From: Acidobacteriota bacterium
GTDB lineage: Bacteria; Acidobacteriota; UBA890; WLXD01
Assembly (NCBI GenBank): GCA_965205505.1
Contig: CBDBHB010000008.1
Span: forward strand, 544,001-608,000
Direction: 5' to 3'
DNA length: 64,000 nt
A model generated the notes under the pieces. It was not told the origin of the DNA. It was given only the letters and a program-made list of their open reading frames with translations, and made no database searches. A program made the position numbers and the translations under genes. Positions 1-9,081 of the stretch are shown here, in pieces. Numbering within the stretch: the stretch's first letter is position 1; every line of letters starts with the position of its first letter.

Positions 1-370
1 AATCGCCCAAACGAACAACGTCCTGCGGCGCTCGGGAATCAACGGTCGCTTGCGCCTGGTCCAGTCTGCCGAGGTCTCCTACAACGAGGGCGGGCGGAGT
101 ACGCGCGATGTGCTCAAGCATCTCCATGAGCCGCTCAGTCGGCGTCGGGCCTTTCTTCTTCGGCTTGTCGCACTTCGCCGGGGTTTCCGTAGCCTCCTCC
201 TCCTCGGCCGCCTCAGCGCGTGCGCGCTCCATGGTGCGCCGCGACACCTTGGCCACCTCGGCGAGCTCCTCGGTGGTGCGCGGTGGCGGGCCCGTCGGAA
301 AATTCGCCACGGGGCGTATTTTTCGGCCGACCGCGCTACGGAGGTGGCTGAGGCGCAGCTCGGTACGGGG
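1..370 (-). pseudogene. Partial ORF running off the left edge; phage/plasmid-like protein with a possible HTH segment
   Basis: The minus frame reads ...TTEELAEVAKVSRRTMERARAEAAEEEE...; no clear start. The + ORF 108..392 is its antisense shadow. Confidence 0.3.
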
Positions 371-388
371 TGACCGTGCTGAGATTTT

Positions 389-895
389 CTAGTGAGGCGA
401 TGAGGCACCAGGCTTTTCGACCTCGCGCCGTTCGATGGTGATGCCGTAATCGACTGCCGTCCGGTTCCTGCTGGCAACGCGCGTGAGCACGAACTGATAG
501 TTCGTACGGCGCCGAGTCGGGACGCCGATGGATGTTTCGACCCAGCCGTCGCGACCTTCACTCGTGGCAACGTCGCCATCAGAGTTTCGCACGATGGTCT
601 TCAGGAACGGGGAGGCCGGGGCGTGTTCGACCCTGAACCGGTACTGGAAGACTCTTTCGCGGTGCCGCGATATCGAAAGCCGCACCGCGACATCCTCTCG
701 CTCGAATGCTTCTAGGCGACCGGAAACTGTACGGACGTGTGTCCAGTTAGGCGGCGGTGGAGGTGGTGGGTCGGACGTGCAGCTCAGTTGCGCTCCCCCA
801 CCTGCGAGCAGCACCTCGAGCGCAGCCCGCTCGGCGGGATCGACGCTCAATCCGTATTCCCGCTTTGCCTGGATCACCCGGTTCGCGAACGCGGC
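389..895 (-). pseudogene. C-terminal fragment of a secreted DUF1524/HNH-like nuclease with a poly-Pro linker and beta-rich tail
   Basis: FANRVIQAKREYGLSVDPAERAALEVLL resembles the DUF1524 C-terminal helix, followed by PPPPPPP. The catalytic N-terminal part is absent. Confidence 0.45.
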
Positions 896-1680
896 GACCG
901 TGCCCGCGAAGCCGGCCTGGTGATCCGCGCCTCTGCTCGTTTCTGTGAAGCCGTTGCGAGGGCGCATGGCAAGACCGAATGAAAGCGGCTACCGGCGTGG
1001 CGATTGCTCGGCGGCTGAATCCGAGCGCGCGAATGCCGTCCACCAATTCGGCGAATATTCCCTGGCGTTATTGAAGGTCGGTCGACCCCTGCGTCCCTAC
1101 GTGCCCTAGTGGGGACGTGTAAGGGAGCGGCCCGTGGCCTGACGGCCAACCGCCCCACAGTCCAAGAATAAGCAACATCGCTCCGCGGCCCCTCGAGGAC
1201 GGGACCCTGGTGCTCGCCGGCCTCAACCCCATCGCTGGGATTGACGGCGAGCAACCGGCGAAGTCTGCCAAACCGGCTGTTCGCCCCCGCTCGTCACTCG
1301 GGCATCAAGGGGATGCCGACCCATCGTTCAGCCGGCGCTGGCCAATGCGACAAGGCGAGGATCACTCGCCGCGACACGGTGGCCGCGTTCTTTGCGCCAT
1401 GTCCAAATGGCGCAATACCTGGCGCGATAGTCGCCGCTCACCGGCCGCCACGGTGGCAGGTGGGACGGCTGGAACGGATGATCAACGGCGCGATCCAGGC
1501 CTCCGCTACGGGGGCGCATGCAGGCATGGCGTGAGGAAGACCCAAGAAACGGCAATCCGATCAGGATGCGAAGCCGGGCGATCAGGCTGCCACGATCGGG
1601 TACGAAGCGGACCTGGGGCGCATGGCCGACACGCTACGCGGCAGCATAGCGCTGAGCCTGGTGGGCCCGCTGCGCCCACC

Positions 1681-1736
1681 CTCCGCGGCTCATAGATGCC
1701 TCCGAGTTCAAGGAGTACATCTTCGGGCTATTGTGT
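1681..1736 (+). pseudogene. hsdM: Tiny frameshifted relic of a type I R-M HsdM N-terminus
   Basis: LRG-(frameshift)-IDASEFKEYIFGLL resembles the LRGxMDASEFKEYIFGxLF motif. Confidence 0.55.
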
Positions 1737-1789
1737 CGGGGGGAGGCCGACGAACGCAACGACGCGACTCCACACCGTGAGAGGGAGCG

Positions 1790-2107
1790 ATGATCACCGG
1801 CGAACTCAAATCCAAGGTCGACCGCATGTGGGACACTATGTGGTCCGGGGGCATCTCGAACCCTCTCTCGGTCATCGAGCAGCTTACCTACCTGCTCTTC
1901 ATCAAGCGCCTCGACGAGTTGCAGACGCTCAAGGAAGCCAAGGCCGCCCGCACCGGCAAGCCCATCGAAGGGCCGATCTTCGCCGCCGACCAAGACAGGC
2001 TCCGCTGGTCGCGCTTCAAGGAGGTCGCCCCAGAGCAGATATTCGAGACAGTCCGCGACGGCGTGTTCCCCTTCATCAACACTCTCGGCAACAAAGAAGG
2101 GTATTGA
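1790..2107 (+). pseudogene. hsdM: Type I R-M methyltransferase HsdM, N-terminal 105 aa only
   Basis: MITGELKSKVDRMWDTMWSGGISNPLSVIEQLTYLLFIKRLDE is a typical HsdM_N. The ORF stops where GC content drops at ~2100. Confidence 0.85.
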
Positions 2108-2325
2108 TATACTTCGCTAATCCCCCAACGTGCCCATTTTAAAGGGTTTTCAACACGTAAAGAGAACAACGTCTAGAGATTTCTTCCTCTCTGAGCGGCG
2201 GTTCCTTCCGTCGCTCTTTTTATATGGAGCTAACGATTTTCTCTTCCTCTACTAATTCCTCTCAATCGTCACTCAAGCGCTAGCGAAAGTCGCAGTTATA
2301 TTGCTGCGCGGCGATCCGCAACTGT

Positions 2326-2781
2326 TTAGTCGGTGCCCAAATGATATCGGTCATAGCCATCCCTCACCCCCAAGTGGGATAGATGCATTACGCTGAGGAC
2401 GCAATCTTCATTGAATGGGACGAGAAGGCCTATCTTGTCCCCTTCGTCCAACGAATATGGCAACTTGCCAACAGTGAACTTCTCTATTATGAACTTGTTC
2501 TGCTTACCCCGAGGCAATCGCTGCCACCAGCGACCTGCCCTGCCTTCTACCATCGCTATCTTGATCCGTCCAGGACCACGATTAGTGACCTCAATCGCAA
2601 CGTAAACGTCACCGGAAAGTTGGTTGTCGCTAGCCTTCAAGCTCCGGGCAAGGAGCACCCGTCCGGTCACCTGAATTACATGCACACGGACGCGGAGACG
2701 TGGCTTCCTACGATCGGTATAGATCTTCCAACCCAGTCCCAATAAAGCGACGACGAGGCTGCCGATTACGAGAAGGTCCAA
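2326..2781 (-). CDS. Hypothetical protein with an N-terminal membrane anchor (IS passenger)
   Basis: 151-aa ORF; hydrophobic N-terminus followed by the basic stretch RRKPRLRV. Confidence 0.6.
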   Translation of the reverse strand: MDLLVIGSLVVALLGLGWKIYTDRRKPRLRVRVHVIQVTGRVLLARSLKASDNQLSGDVYVAIEVTNRGPGRIKIAMVEGRAGRWWQRLPRGKQNKFIIEKFTVGKLPYSLDEGDKIGLLVPFNEDCVLSVMHLSHLGVRDGYDRYHLGTD

Positions 2782-2940
2782 CTTGGAATCACCCTATTAC
2801 TTGTAAGCGGCGGATAAAGGAGAGGTTATCGTAATCTACTGAAGCTCAAAAAGACATAAACAACTATAACTAAATAATCCAAAGACAGGCAGGGGAGCGT
2901 ACCCTCGCTCTCCTGCCTGTTCTATGTGTGGACAGAGAAC

Positions 2941-3489
2941 ATGACTACTACGCCGAAGACACTACTAGAAGCCATCCGTGTTGATTCCGACTTGGATATC
3001 TGCGAGGAGACATTAGCCGAGGCTAGATGGCCTGATGGTGTGATCTGCCCACAATGCGGTCGTGATCGCCCGACTTATCTGTTCAATCAGAGACGGTGGC
3101 AATGCAGGCGAAAGCATCCCAAGCGGCAGTTCTCAGCCAAGGTTGGCACGGTGTTCGAATCTTCTCCCATCGGCCTGGACAAGTGGTTCGCTGCGGTCTG
3201 GCTGATTGCCAACGCGAAGAACGGTATCAGTAGCCACGAGATCCACAGGTCCATAGGTGTTACTCAGAAATGCGCATGGTTCATGCTGCATCGTGTGCGC
3301 CTAGCCATGCAGAAGGAAGTAGAAATATTACGAGGTGAAATAGAAGTAGATGAGACCTTCATTGGTGGTAAGGCTCGGAACATGCATGTGCATAAGCGCA
3401 GGGAAAAGATAACGGGCCGAGGTCCGAGCGGCAAGACGGCAGTGCTACGTCTACTACAACGCAAGGGCATGTACGAACAATTCCAATAG
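2941..3489 (+). pseudogene. tnp: IS1595-family transposase, truncated
   Basis: RWPDGVICPQCG zinc ribbon, KNGISSHEIHRSIGVTQKCAWFMLHRVR HTH and EVDETFIGGK. The rest of the DDE domain is missing after a frameshift at ~3465. Confidence 0.9.
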
Positions 3490-3524
3490 ATCCTTATCCT
3501 CTGGCTTCACATCGTTAGTAACCA

Positions 3525-3702
3525 TGATATCCTTGTCCCGGTCGATCAGCTTGAGCAAGGCAGCCAGGTGCCGGTCGGTCGGTTCCAGCTCGTCGCCGGT
3601 TTTGATCGATCGCTCGATCCGCGCCTTCAGCGACCGGTCGCGAGTCGAGTTGACTTGCTGACCCCACGGGATCTGGTCGGCCGTGATCGGTGGCTCGCTC
3701 AT
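3525..3702 (-). pseudogene. Satellite ORF truncated at the junction with IS1595
   Basis: Start overlaps the stop of the 3699..4004 ORF. The last ~20 codons of the track ORF are antisense transposase sequence. Confidence 0.4.
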
Positions 3703-4004
3703 GACGCGCGCTCCCGGCGCACCTGGATCCAGCCCACAAGGTCATCCTCAGCGTCGTGGTAGGGCCACGTGTGCGCTGGCCTGCCGAGCTCGGGGTGGCG
3801 GCGGATGCCCAGACTCCGGGCCGTGAGGGCCTCCAGGACCGCCTCCTGCATGCATCCGGCGTGACAGTGCAACAGCACCTGCCCGTCGCGCTCTGTCGCG
3901 CTCAGACTCACGTTGCGGTCCTTGTGCGCCGGGCAACGGCACATGCCGCCATGTCCGCTGCATCGACCCGCGAGCGCGCGGACGATCTGCTCCATGCTGG
4001 CCAT
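3699..4004 (-). CDS. Primase-type zinc-finger N-terminal domain protein (possibly truncated)
   Basis: CRCPAHKDRNVSLS...VLLHCHAGC (CHC2-like zinc finger). Confidence 0.75.
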   Translation of the reverse strand: MASMEQIVRALAGRCSGHGGMCRCPAHKDRNVSLSATERDGQVLLHCHAGCMQEAVLEALTARSLGIRRHPELGRPAHTWPYHDAEDDLVGWIQVRRERAS

Positions 4005-4005
4005 G

Positions 4006-4233
4006 TCACGTTGACGACAGCGGGGACGGGGCTGGCTGATCGCCGCCCGGCAGGGCCGTCGGACGGCTCGCCAACCAGGCCTCGATGTCCGCCAGGCGCC
4101 AGGCTACGGCACGCCGGCCGATGCGCACCGGACGGGGAAACTCCCCCGCATCCATCGCAGCGTAGATCGCTGACCTGGAAAGTAGCGTGATCCGCTCAAC
4201 TTCAGGGCGTCGGATAAGTGTCGGTTGCATCAT
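4006..4233 (-). CDS. alpA: AlpA-family regulator/excisionase
   Basis: LIRRPEVERITLLSRSAIYAAMDAGEFPRPVRIGRRAVAW. Confidence 0.92.
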   Translation of the reverse strand: MMQPTLIRRPEVERITLLSRSAIYAAMDAGEFPRPVRIGRRAVAWRLADIEAWLASRPTALPGGDQPAPSPLSST

Positions 4234-4342
4234 TGGGAACCCTCCGGGTAGCTGTAGGATCCCCACTGTGCACGCCACGACTTGGCGTGTCATTGGGACA
4301 GGTTTTCGGAAACTCGTCCCTACACAGCGCGACGCGTAGGCG

Positions 4343-5008
4343 CTAGCGCTTGCTCTGCCAGATAGCGAGAACGCTGCTGTACTTGCTCACGCTTTGATTT
4401 CTGTCGGCGAGCACCCCGGCCACGATGTCGCAGGCAGATGCACGCTCGGTAAGTTCATTGCGCATCACATTCATGCCGCACTTTTTCAGGATGTAGACTG
4501 CCCATGCGATCACGTAGTTTCGCTCGGCCATCTTGGGCTCAGGGCCCCTGCTGCCTTCGCTGGCTCTGGGACGCTGTCCCCGCTCGGCCACCCATCTTTG
4601 CAGCGTTTGCCCAAGCGGATACTTGCCTCCTTTTTGCATGAGCACCCAATCCAGTACGTCCCAATGTAGTGCGGAGGTACGTGATCGTTCAGCGAAAAGA
4701 TCGACCACCTCCTCGCGCGGGGTGCCGTCCAGAGGGCCCAGAGACGAAGCGAGCATCCCTACGTAGTAGTCGCGAGCCCACTCCGGGTCATCCGACAGGT
4801 CCAGGTCCAGCCACAAGTGCACGAGGGCCCGCGCATCGTCGTCTGAAATGCGCTCTCCCTGCTCCGTGAATCGTGCCACGTGCTCGCGGTGTTTACGGTG
4901 AAACTCATCGTGCTGGGATTGGTCGTAGGCGGCACGCACAGGCGGTATGGGACTACAGAGCTTCAGCTTCAGTCGAACGGTCTGCCTCGGGCGCGGTTCC
5001 TCACCCAT
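4343..5008 (-). CDS. Hypothetical satellite protein with a putative C-terminal HTH
   Basis: ORF between int and alpA; C-terminus ERNYVIAWAV...SACDIVA...YSSVLAIW. Confidence 0.6.
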   Translation of the reverse strand: MGEEPRPRQTVRLKLKLCSPIPPVRAAYDQSQHDEFHRKHREHVARFTEQGERISDDDARALVHLWLDLDLSDDPEWARDYYVGMLASSLGPLDGTPREEVVDLFAERSRTSALHWDVLDWVLMQKGGKYPLGQTLQRWVAERGQRPRASEGSRGPEPKMAERNYVIAWAVYILKKCGMNVMRNELTERASACDIVAGVLADRNQSVSKYSSVLAIWQSKR

Positions 5009-5312
5009 GAGGCAGCACCGGCACGATGGTCTGGATCGGGGCGGGCAACCTGGAGTGCGGCCCGGGCCCACTGATCGATGGGGACAGCAGCATCAGGCCC
5101 AGGATGACGGCCGGAATCAGCGTCAGTGCACGGCCCGAAAGGTTGATCCTGGGCGAGCGGAGATCGCCCATCCGCACGTTGCCGAGCTCACCTCTGTCCA
5201 TATCATCTCTCCGTAGGCACGGGGGCGGTGGGGTAGACACGTCTTCAGGGTAGCGTGCGTGGCCGTGTGCCAACCCACTTCAGCAGGCAGGGAACCGACC
5301 CGGTACTGCTCC

Positions 5313-6566
5313 CTAGACAGGGCGCAGCATCGGCACCACCTTGCCGCCCTCAGCACTCAGGTAGGCGGCCCAGTCTTCCATCAGCTTCCGGCGCCGCTCC
5401 AGCAGGTCCGAGCGCGCATAGGCCGCCTCGGTCGGGTCGCGCACCGCATGCGCCAGCGCCGCCTCCATGACCGCCCGCGGTGCGTTGGTGCACTCCGCCG
5501 CCCAGTCCCGGAACGATGAGCGAAACCCGTGCGGTACCGCTTCAATACCCAGCTGCCGCAGCACCCGGGAAAGCGTTGCGTCCGCCAGCGGCCTGCCGGC
5601 CCGTGCGCCGGGAAACACCAGCCCCTCGCCATCCCTGAGCCCCCGCGCCTGGCGCAGGATCTCCATTGCCCGGCCCGATAGCGGTACCCGGTGCGCCCGG
5701 TTCGACTTCATGCGCTCGGGTGCAAGAGTCCACTCCCTCGCCTCCAGGTCCATCTCCTGCCAGGTAGCCAACCGCACCTCGCCGGAGCGGGCCGCCGTCA
5801 ACACCAGAAACTCCAGGGCCAGCTTCACCACCCCGGAGGCATCCGAAGCCCGTACCGCCTCGATCGCACCGTCCACCTCGGCATGCGGCAACGCCCGCAT
5901 ATGCTGTCGCCGCTTGCGGTGCCGTGGCAGCGCCTGGGTGATCGCCTCACCAGCCGGGTTGTCGCCACGGTACCCCTGCGCCATGGCCCACTTCATCACC
6001 GCACCGATGCGCGCCCGCACCCGCCGTGCGGTCTCGGCCTTGTCATGCCAGATCGGACCCAGTACCTCCAACACCTCGGCCGTCGTCACCTCCGACACCG
6101 GCATCTCACCGATGCGCCCGTACGCATAGGTGCGCAACTCCGTTTTCCATTGCGCCGCATACTTGGCGTTGCGCCACCCGGGGCGGTGCATCTCATACAC
6201 CTTGGCCGCTGCTTGCGCGAACGTCGGCATGCCCTCGGCCCGGCGCTTGTCTGTCAGCGGGTCACCGCCGGCACGGGCCAGCTTGCGGTTGGCAAATGCC
6301 ACCTCGCGCGCCTCCGACAGCGACACCAAGGGGTAGCCTCCGAGACCCAGTTCCCGGCGACGGCCCTGGATCACGATCCGCTGTACCCAGCTGCGCGCTC
6401 CGCTCGGGATCACGTTCAGGTACAGGCCGTGTCCATCGCAGTACCGGCCCGGCTTCATTACCGTGCGTACGAACGCCGCCGACAGGGCCCGCTCCGGGTG
6501 CTTGCCGCTCTTGCGCCGAGGGCTGGGTTTCGGTGCAGTTGCTTGCGCATCGGCGATATTCTGCAT
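5313..6566 (-). CDS. int: P4-type tyrosine integrase with an arm-DNA-binding domain
   Basis: DGHGLYL...LGGYPLVSLSEAR arm domain; catalytic motifs ARSGE, RMK, HGFRSSFRDW, LAH and AAY. Confidence 0.95.
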   Translation of the reverse strand: MQNIADAQATAPKPSPRRKSGKHPERALSAAFVRTVMKPGRYCDGHGLYLNVIPSGARSWVQRIVIQGRRRELGLGGYPLVSLSEAREVAFANRKLARAGGDPLTDKRRAEGMPTFAQAAAKVYEMHRPGWRNAKYAAQWKTELRTYAYGRIGEMPVSEVTTAEVLEVLGPIWHDKAETARRVRARIGAVMKWAMAQGYRGDNPAGEAITQALPRHRKRRQHMRALPHAEVDGAIEAVRASDASGVVKLALEFLVLTAARSGEVRLATWQEMDLEAREWTLAPERMKSNRAHRVPLSGRAMEILRQARGLRDGEGLVFPGARAGRPLADATLSRVLRQLGIEAVPHGFRSSFRDWAAECTNAPRAVMEAALAHAVRDPTEAAYARSDLLERRRKLMEDWAAYLSAEGGKVVPMLRPV

Positions 6567-6689
6567 CCCCCTCTCATTCCGCCATTAAAGGCGGGAATGT
6601 AGCGGATTGTCCGGGAACACGCAAGATGGACGAATACTCGTAACTGTCTGACTCTACTGATGATTAGGGACTAATAGGTCAACTCAGGA

Positions 6690-7814
6690 ATGCACCGGAT
6701 CTGGATGATGGCAGAGGTACGCGCTGCCGTCAGGCGCACGCGGCTCACATGGGACGACGCGCTGCTCGACCACAACGTGTTCGGGCGCTTGGCGCAGATC
6801 GTGCCCGCGATCGTCATCTACTCCGGCATTGGTCTCGTGCCGGATATCGTCGAGCCCGCCGAAAGGGCCATCCACAACGTCGCGAGCGCTTACATGGTCG
6901 TCATGATCATGCTGACCCTGACCGCGACAATGTCGGCGGCTAACCAGATCTACGTGACCTTCCCGCTGGCGCGCCACCGACCGATCAAGGGCTTCGTCCA
7001 GCTCGCGCAGATCGCTGTATACGTACTCGGCGCGATCGTGGTGATCGGAATGCTGATCGACCGCTCGCCGGTGATCCTCCTGAGCGGCCTCGGCGCTATG
7101 ACGGCGGTGCTGTTGCTTATCTTCAAAGACACGCTGCTGTCGGTGGTGGCCAGCATTCAGCTCACGGCCCAAGACCTGGTGCGCGTCGGCGACTGGATCG
7201 AGGTGCCTCAGTTCGGCGCCGACGGCGACGTGGTCGACGTCGCGCTCTACACCGTAACGGTGCAGAACTGGGACAAGACGATCACGACGATCCCGACTCA
7301 CTGGATGATCTCCGATTCGTTCAAGAACTGGCGCAGCATGAGTGATTCCGGCGGACGGCGGATCAAGCGGTCGATCAACGTCGATGTCAACTCGATTCGC
7401 GTTCTGACCGATCGTGAAATGGAGCGCTTCAAGGGTTTTGCGTTGCTGAAGAACTACATCGAGGCCAAGGAGGCCGACCTCAAGACCTACAACGAGACCC
7501 TCGATGAGCCGGGTGAGGCAGGCATCAACCTACGGCGGCTGACGAATATCGGCACTTTCCGCGCGTACATCCGCAACTACCTGGAACATCATCCGAAGAT
7601 TCATCACCGCCTGACGCTGATCGTGCGCCAATTGCAGCCCGGCGCCGAAGGTGTGCCGATCGAGGTCTACGCGTTCACCAACGACACGAACTGGGTGGCC
7701 TATGAAGGCATCCAGGCCGACATCTTCGATCACATTTACACGATCGCGCCCGAGTTCGGCCTGCGCATCTATCAGAAACCCGCTGGCGCGGATCTGGCTG
7801 GGCTGCGGGCCTGA
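6690..7814 (+). CDS. ybdG: Mechanosensitive channel of the YbdG/MscM type, probably 5'-truncated
   Basis: LIFKDTLLS, GDWIEVPQFGADGDV, QNWDKTITTIP and SFKNWRSMSDSGGRRIKRS. The usual N-terminal helices are missing; the first codons come from the element end. Confidence 0.85.
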   Translation: MHRIWMMAEVRAAVRRTRLTWDDALLDHNVFGRLAQIVPAIVIYSGIGLVPDIVEPAERAIHNVASAYMVVMIMLTLTATMSAANQIYVTFPLARHRPIKGFVQLAQIAVYVLGAIVVIGMLIDRSPVILLSGLGAMTAVLLLIFKDTLLSVVASIQLTAQDLVRVGDWIEVPQFGADGDVVDVALYTVTVQNWDKTITTIPTHWMISDSFKNWRSMSDSGGRRIKRSINVDVNSIRVLTDREMERFKGFALLKNYIEAKEADLKTYNETLDEPGEAGINLRRLTNIGTFRAYIRNYLEHHPKIHHRLTLIVRQLQPGAEGVPIEVYAFTNDTNWVAYEGIQADIFDHIYTIAPEFGLRIYQKPAGADLAGLRA

Positions 7815-8063
7815 CCGTAGAAGGTCCTAGCAGGCCGAGACGCCAGTAGCCGTGGCCTCTGCCTTCACTCCTCCGATGCCATCTGCTCACGCCAGGGATC
7901 GTCAGGGTGCGCTATGCTCGTGCCCTGGCAGAGGGCCGTTTCGGAGCACTCAGACATTGTTTCCTTGGTGCTCGGATGGACACCGTTATGGTCACCAACG
8001 TGTTTTTTGAGCGACCCTGGGTGGCCTCGAAATCGACGCAAGCCCTTGATTTCAAGGAACGTA

Positions 8064-8147
8064 GCCGAGGTGGCGGAATTGGCAGACGCGCCGGACTCAA
8101 AATCCGGTGGGCTTACGCTCGTGAGGGTTCGAGTCCCTCCCTCGGTA
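8064..8147 (+). tRNA. tRNA-Leu (anticodon CAA)
   Basis: GCCGAGG/CCTCGGT acceptor stem, CCGGA-CTCAAAA-TCCGG anticodon arm, long variable arm, GAGGG-TTCGAGT-CCCTC T-arm. CCA is not encoded. Confidence 0.96.
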
Positions 8148-8919
8148 CTTTTGTATAATCAGCGACTTACAGACGATTAGGCAGCGGGCCTGTCGCCCCT
8201 GATTTCTCGTTTCGGACACCAAATCGGACACCTTCTGTGTCCTCGGATCCCGCTCAAGGAAGCGCAGCTCGGCCCCTAGAATACCGAAACTGGCAGAAAG
8301 CAGTATGAGGTCATCCGACGAGACACGGAGACCGCTCGTCACGATTTCGACTCGGATCACGTAGCGTGGGACGGTAGTGGCTTCGCGTTTACCAAGTACG
8401 GTGGCCCGGGCCGGCCTCCACTGCCGCTGGAGCAGACATATCCCACTCAAGGGCAGCCCGCTGATCAGCGGGCGCCGGTCCCTTTCGGAGTCATGCTCTC
8501 GGGCGGCAGAAGTCTGTCCGGGCGGACCCTTTGCTTCCAGGCCGGGAGTCTCACAGTCCCTTTTCTACTTGCCGTTACGAACCCATCACAACGCGATCGT
8601 GACTGCATGCGAGACAGAGGCAACATGGACCGCAAATCGCGTTCGTTGGTGGACTGGTCCAAGACCCTTGTACGCGCCGCCGATGGAGAGCAAGATCGTT
8701 AGGCTAAGCGCTCTCCGGACTTCAGCCACCCGAGTGCAGGTCAGCCTAGTCCCAGCCCCGCGGCGATCTGAGCAACCAGACCTCCGATCGAGGACACATC
8801 GCCAGAAACGCGCGCTAAGGAAGACCGGGTGAAACACGAGGACGCGGTGGAGGCCTGCCACAGCCTTCGGCGTCTCGCGTACAAGGGAGGTCAAGGGAAA
8901 AGCTCTGGAACAGGGAGTC

Positions 8920-8938
8920 TCAAATCCTGGCCCCGCTA
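8920..8938 (+). repeat. Relic 3' end of an initiator tRNA-Met (att scar)
   Basis: TCAAATCCTGGCCCCGCTA resembles a tRNA-fMet T-loop and acceptor strand; a hairpin follows directly. Confidence 0.55.
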
Positions 8939-8942
8939 GTCT

Positions 8943-8992
8943 AAAGCCCCGGTGACGTACGCTCTGTTCCCCGTGCTCGTCACCGGGGCTTT
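8943..8992. terminator. Terminator-like hairpin, possibly bidirectional
   Basis: Perfect 15-bp inverted repeat AAAGCCCCGGTGACG / CGTCACCGGGGCTTT. Confidence 0.7.
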
Positions 8993-9081
8993 CTGCGTCC
9001 AGAGGCCGAAGGTCCTCCCCGAGTGCTCCGGGTGCTCGTGCGGCGAGTTCCGGGTCTCACTTCAGCCGGTTTTGAACCGCC

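Larger units (their letters stand above)
2099..3520 (+). mobile_element. Truncated IS1595-family element with a passenger gene
   Basis: Candidate left end GGGTATTGATATACTT at the hsdM break, lower GC, transposase at 2941. No right end found. Confidence 0.6.
3525..6717 (-). mobile_element. Decayed P4/PICI-like satellite or integrative element
   Basis: Gene order int - hypothetical - alpA - primase fragment. Confidence 0.75.

Noticed and set aside
8230-8915. Possible ncRNA or ribozyme downstream of the tRNA
   Set aside because: Only short hairpins and no recognisable catalytic core; probably decayed sequence, though an Rfam scan was not possible.
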